Origin: Macrostomum lignano
Lineage: Eukaryota
Direction of reading: 5' to 3'
Length of the DNA stretch: 64,000 bases
NCBI GenBank assembly: GCA_002269645.1
Contig: NIVC01001957.1
Coordinates: forward strand, 1-64,000
Positions 59,209 through 64,000 of the stretch are shown piece by piece (position 1 is the first letter of the stretch; each line of letters begins with the position of its first letter). A program made the position numbers and the translations under genes. The notes beneath the pieces were generated by a model. It was not told the origin of the DNA. It did not search any database and saw only the letters and a program-made list of their open reading frames with translations.

Positions 59209-60697
59209 CCTTGTCCTCAGATGGGGCCTCGAATCAGATATTTATTGTAGGCAATGATTGCGAAAAGCAGCCCGACCTACATGTTTTTAGTTTCAACTAT
59301 GCAATTGTGTAATGTTATAAAATACACACTCTTTTCTGCCTCATTTATAGCTAGTGCTGTGCAGTAGTTTGCGCCGCAAAATTTCTGGAAGCGTTCGTTC
59401 ATTGGCTGCTGCCAAAGAGTAATTGCTTCTATTTTCACGGCCTAGTTAAGTGTCTTCTATACGGTATATAGGACTCGAGGCGGAGGCCGCAACCTATTAC
59501 TTATCCTTTAATCAATTGATTTTTATTCTATTTTTATAGGTCTTGCTACTGAATTTTGTTGTTCGAGTACAAAGTTTGCGTAGCTTTGCATGCTTAATTA
59601 AGGCTCGGTCACACCGCCATCAAATACGACCAAATTTCCAGTGTGATCGCGAGACTTGCACAGCAATTTTCATTCCTTTCAGTACATCGGTCCTGTTATT
59701 TACATGTAGATGTCTAATTTGTTGCCAGTGTTAATGACACAATGACACAATTGTTGAAAACGAGGGTAAATTTGGGGGGGGGGGTAATTAACTAATAGCC
59801 TTAGGTTGATTAGCTAGCGTGATTTTAGGGTAAATTAACGTTACTTGACGTTGTTTTACGTTAAGTTACTTTACGGAGGATAAATTTACGTTAATTTGCG
59901 AGTTTTTTTAACCAAATTAACCTACAAAGTGACTGTGTTTAACGAACGAACTTTTTCGAAAGTTAAACTGCGGTAAATCAACGAATCAAATGTTACTTTT
60001 GGTTTATTTTGCTTCCAAGATTAACCCTCGTTTTTAACGGGGAGCTTATAGTGAATATCTGATACACTTATGCTAAGATCTATAATATATTAACTTTCCT
60101 ATTAACCTTATAGGTCACAACTCTAGAGTTGGATTAAAGCCTGGCCATTGTTGACTACTTACTGGTTTCGAGGTTGTAATTTTAATATATATGTTTCTGA
60201 GTGTTGTTTAAAAGTAGTAAACCTTCTGAGCCTTCGAAAGCGCTAGTGTATGCACATTTTCTCGTAATATCTTAGCTTTTAAAAGCCAACAACATTGCTG
60301 CGCATTTCTGTTACATAGATGTGTCGCTCCAGCATTCGCTGAGGTATTTAGCAGCTGTCGGGGTTAGGGCCACAGCCACAGACACTAACAAAGCGGCCAT
60401 GTCATGTCAGAGCAGCAGAAGCCGCAGTCTATGGTCATATTATATACCCCAGGTTTCGCTCTGCGGCCCAGCTAGGTACATAAAATACGTGCATAGTTGA
60501 GGCAGCATCAGTCATCTCAGTTTTCTCTAAAGAAATTTGCGCATTGAAGTTTAAATAGAAGCGAGGAATGTAGATCTAGCTATATGCACAGTTAAATTGT
60601 GCGACTTCAACTAAACTGTAAAAGCTGTTGAACAAGTAGAACTGGCTAACTGTTAAACAAAAAAGATCATTCTTTAGCCAAGCCCTTTAAAGATACA
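59209..60697. promoter_or_regulatory. 1.5-kb head-to-head spacer, candidate bidirectional promoter region
   Basis: Inferred only from the divergent start codons; no specific motif verified. Confidence 0.35.
59753..60038. mobile_element. MITE-like element in the GT31 spacer
   Basis: Imperfect ~22-bp inverted ends GTTGAAAACGAGGGTAAATTTG / CAAGATTAACCCTCGTTTTTAAC; no TSD found. Confidence 0.4.
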
Positions 60698-62248
60698 ATG
60701 AACTACATCGGCTGTCTATCTTCGTGCGGAAAAGGTGTGCTAAATTCGAACCGTCGACTGAAGATAGTCCGACTGGCGACGCACATCAGGCTGGGACGAT
60801 GGACGTGCCTGATTCTACTTCTGCTGTACCTCACTGTGACTCTGCAGCTGACAGTTCGTGGCAGCAGCCTGTTGAGTCACGAAAAACAGCTTGTACCAAA
60901 GCTTGTCAGCACCAGCTCGCTTCCAGACGCTCAGAATTTGGATGGTGAGCCTAATTTAGAGTTGAGCAGCCAAGCTGAACTTGAAGTCAGAAGCATTCAG
61001 CGCCCCATCTCGATGCTCAAGTCTAGTCTCTCAAAGATTAGAAAAAAAAATTCGTTGAGACAAGGCATTGCAGACGAGCCTTTAACTAACGAGTACCTAG
61101 CTGGAAGAGACAGTTTCATTTCTGAGAATCCATTCCGAAATCTTCTCCCTAAACAAGGAATTGAAAATCCAGCCCAGAATATCGAAGAGAAATATAGCGA
61201 TCCCAGTCTTCAACCTTCGAGTGATAACTTAGTTGATATGAATATGATGGAGCGAATCGAGGGAGCGAGCGACTCGCGCCTGTATTCCAAGCTGCTGACT
61301 AAACTCAAGTCGCTGGGTTCGGCGGTCACCCAGCAGCAGCTGCAGAGAGCAGCCGGCAAGTGCGGAGGCCTCCAGAGTCCGGCACTTCGTTACGTGCAAA
61401 CCTACGACTTTGTGCACATGGCGGATCACCTGTGCACCGCGGGCGACCTGCTGGCGTTGGTGGCGGTTCACAGCAACGCGAAGAACCTCGGCCGTCGAGC
61501 GACCATCCGCAGAACGTGGGGATCGCTCAGGTACGTCGGACGGTACCGCATCGAGGTGGCCTTCTTTCTCGGCCGGCCAGCGTCGGGAGACTCGGACGAG
61601 TCCGGAGCGACCGGAGCACAGCTCGAGGCTCTGCTCGATGCGGAGAGCGACCGGTTCGGCGACATCGTGCAGCTGAACTACACCGAGAACTACAGGAACA
61701 TGAGCATCAAGCACCTGGCTGTGTACGAGTGGGTCCTGCGACACTGCCAGTCGGCCAAGTATCTCGTCAAGGTCGACGACGACACGTTCACGGACGTTGC
61801 ACACTTGGCGACCTTCCTGAGCCAGGGTGCTCCATCCGGTTTCTACTGCTCCGCCACCCGAGGCGCGAGACCACAAAGATTTCCTCGCAAAGCAAAATGG
61901 TCTGTTAGTTATCGCGAGTTTCCCGGCAGTTTCTACCCAACCTACTGCGAGGGCTTCGGCTACATTCTCAACGCCAAGCACGTCGCCAGCATCTACCTGT
62001 GCTCCCTGTTCAAGCAGTTCTTCTGGATTGACGATGTTTACATTACTGGAGTTTTAGCAGCCTCGACGGATGTCCCAATATCCGGGTTCTGGAGAGGTCA
62101 CGGATACGCCCCTTTGGTGTCGAGTCGTGCGTCCGAAGCAATAGTTGACTACATTTTTCTAACCGCAGAGCGCAGCGACTTTATTGATGTTGTTCACCAC
62201 AAACTGTGGCGTTCCGTACTGCAGCACAGTCTGGATGTGGCGTTGTAA
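60698..62248 (+). CDS. GT31 beta-1,3-glycosyltransferase, 516 aa, intronless, paralogue B
   Basis: Same GT31 motifs as paralogue A with a longer stem region; TM segment LILLLLYLTVTLQL. Confidence 0.93.
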   Translation: MNYIGCLSSCGKGVLNSNRRLKIVRLATHIRLGRWTCLILLLLYLTVTLQLTVRGSSLLSHEKQLVPKLVSTSSLPDAQNLDGEPNLELSSQAELEVRSIQRPISMLKSSLSKIRKKNSLRQGIADEPLTNEYLAGRDSFISENPFRNLLPKQGIENPAQNIEEKYSDPSLQPSSDNLVDMNMMERIEGASDSRLYSKLLTKLKSLGSAVTQQQLQRAAGKCGGLQSPALRYVQTYDFVHMADHLCTAGDLLALVAVHSNAKNLGRRATIRRTWGSLRYVGRYRIEVAFFLGRPASGDSDESGATGAQLEALLDAESDRFGDIVQLNYTENYRNMSIKHLAVYEWVLRHCQSAKYLVKVDDDTFTDVAHLATFLSQGAPSGFYCSATRGARPQRFPRKAKWSVSYREFPGSFYPTYCEGFGYILNAKHVASIYLCSLFKQFFWIDDVYITGVLAASTDVPISGFWRGHGYAPLVSSRASEAIVDYIFLTAERSDFIDVVHHKLWRSVLQHSLDVAL

Positions 62249-62623
62249 AATTCTCCTGCAAGCAGCTTGCGTGCCTCACGAATAAGCACTTTGAATGTCA
62301 CTATTGTTCTACGAGCTAAATGCTGTTTTGAGCACGCTTGAGTACACTATCCCTATGCCTTGACTTCGATAGACTCTCCCTCTCGTTCAAACGCACTTGA
62401 TGGCAGTTGTTAAGGGCAAGCATTCTTGTTTACTAAAAAATTGCTTTCTAGACTCACCTCAATTATTCGCATTCACATGTACTGTATAGTAGCCACCAGT
62501 TTTTGAGCAATGGATTTGAGCAAAATTCAAGTCAAATAGAACTTTTTTGTTTCTCCTCCGTTTTTATTTAACGATGGACTTTTTCGGTAGTTAAAACCTC
62601 AAGTCTGTTAAGTTTTGCTTAAT

Positions 62624-63097
62624 GGCGCCCACGTCTCTTGGTAGGTGCCCCTGTCTCTTGGTAGGTGCCCCTGTCTCTTGGTGGGTGGCCCTGTCTCTTG
62701 GTAGGTGCCCCTGTCTCTTGGAGGGCGCCCCTGTCTCTTGGTGGGTGGCCCTGTCTCTTGGAGGGCGCCCCTGTCTCTTGGTGGGTGGCCCTGTCTCTTG
62801 GTAGGTGCCCCTGTCTCTTGGTAGGTGCCCCTGTCTCTTGGTGGGTGGCCCTGTCTCTTGGTGAGTGCCCCTGTCTCTTGGTGAGTGCCCCTGTCTCTTG
62901 GTGAGTGCCCCTGTCTCTTGGTGAGTGCCCCTGTCTCTTGGTAGGTGCCCCTGTCTCTTGGTGAGTGCCCCTGTCTCTTGGTGAGTGCCCCTGTCTCTTG
63001 GTGAGTGCCCCTGTCTCTTGGTGAGTGCCCCTGTCTCTTGGTGAGTGCCCCTGTCTCTTGGTGAGTGCCCCTGTCTCTTGGTGGACGCCCCTGTCTG
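62624..63097. repeat. 20-bp minisatellite GTGAGTGCCCCTGTCTCTTG, ~23 copies
   Basis: Exact period 20 from 62641. Confidence 0.96.
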
Positions 63098-63776
63098 GTG
63101 CGCGCCACTACCCCTACGTCCTAGATGGGTGGATGCCAGACTAAACTTCATTATAAAACTTTCAAATTGAGTTTTTCATTCGCACTTGTTACAAAATTTC
63201 ATTTTTAAATAAATCACAATATGGCTAAGCATGCAGATTCAACATGAGATGCTAATTAGCCAAGTTAAATGCAATTATGGCAGGCTAGAGAGTGCTGCCA
63301 TGTACAATAGATGTACAATAGACATCAGCCGGAACATACATGTATTTGTAAAAAGCATTTTTATTATAATTGGCATTATAAATACACTAATTTTAAACCA
63401 AACTACGCTGTCTATATGGTCAAAAGGAAAATGCTTGGGAAGCTGCATAATTGCATGCTTTAACTGAAAGCTGCGAAATTGGCATTTTATTTTTAATATC
63501 AGTACTCTACGAATGTGCGAGATTTCCAAATGCCATTGTCTGTGCCTTAACCTCATTAACATGCACCGACCTTTTGTGTTCATATTGTTTTTTATTCATT
63601 CTAATCGGGCGGCTCTCAGCTGTCTGACGTTATAGCGTCGTAGAAGAGATTTTACGTCAACAAACCAGAGAAAGCCACAGACAACAAAAATCAATTTGGT
63701 TTTAACTGCGGACAGTTATAAGTACCAGGTAAAGGAAGCCTAAAGTAAAAAATGTAAGCAGTGTCTCCTAGGCTAG

Positions 63777-64000
63777 AGTAAGTCTAAAGAAGTGGCGGTC
63801 GAGGCGCTGTCGTTAGGCGATTGGGTGACGGGCAATGCACAGGCGATGCTTCAGATGCTGACTGACGGGCGCCTAGTCAGACTGGATCAGCATTGTCGAT
63901 TGGATGTGGCGGAGCTCAGAGACTATCTCAGGTACACCGCACTCATTGGCGAGTTGTTAGACCTGGGCTTCGACAAGAGCCGTGTCATGAGATTTGATGA
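63777..64000 (+). mobile_element. Probable DIRS/Ngaro (tyrosine-recombinase retrotransposon) gag-like ORF fragment, running off the window
   Basis: Open frame not in the ORF track: KEVAVEALSLGDWVTGNAQAMLQMLTDGRLVRLDQHCRLDVAELRDYLRYTALIGELLDLGFDKSRVMRFD. It resembles the W..a...il ... dYl.Y...I.eL......V..YD motif of DIRS-like ORF1, recognised from memory. Confidence 0.5.

Noticed and set aside
62591-63151. Minus-strand ORFs of 166-186 aa
   Set aside because: Translations of the 20-bp minisatellite.

Overview
Repeat-rich eukaryotic (animal) genomic DNA. The style, with Ala/Gln-rich exons and micro/minisatellite-filled introns, recalls the flatworm Macrostomum; this is inference only. Four host genes were reconstructed by hand. 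(1) A PACS-family sorting-protein gene (+, 12541-31383, 10 exons, ~997 aa, plus a candidate 26-nt microexon). (2) An ECT2/Pebble RhoGEF gene (+, 45401-53982, 8 exons, ~1172 aa; BRCT-BRCT-DH-PH). (3, 4) Two intronless GT31 beta-1,3-glycosyltransferase paralogues arranged head-to-head (57910-59208 minus, 60698-62248 plus). The rest comprises a ~661-bp tandem array (1-9150), a ~4.6-kb 22/23-bp satellite, many intronic mini/microsatellites, several MITEs with verifiable TIRs/TSDs, a mariner deletion derivative, a tRNA-derived SINE, and Penelope-like and DIRS-like remnants. Most long ORFs in the supplied track are artefacts of tandem repeats. Best leads: a 32-bp perfect palindrome inside a perfect 8-bp duplication that looks like a P-element excision footprint (33548-33595); an ECT2 exon-intron junction amplified into 20 tandem 5' splice sites (52601-53195); repeat arrays that repeatedly start right at splice donors, a rule that also points to a hidden PACS microexon; and patchwork, GC-enriched homogenisation between the inverted GT31 genes. 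No rRNA, intact tRNA or CRISPR array was seen.
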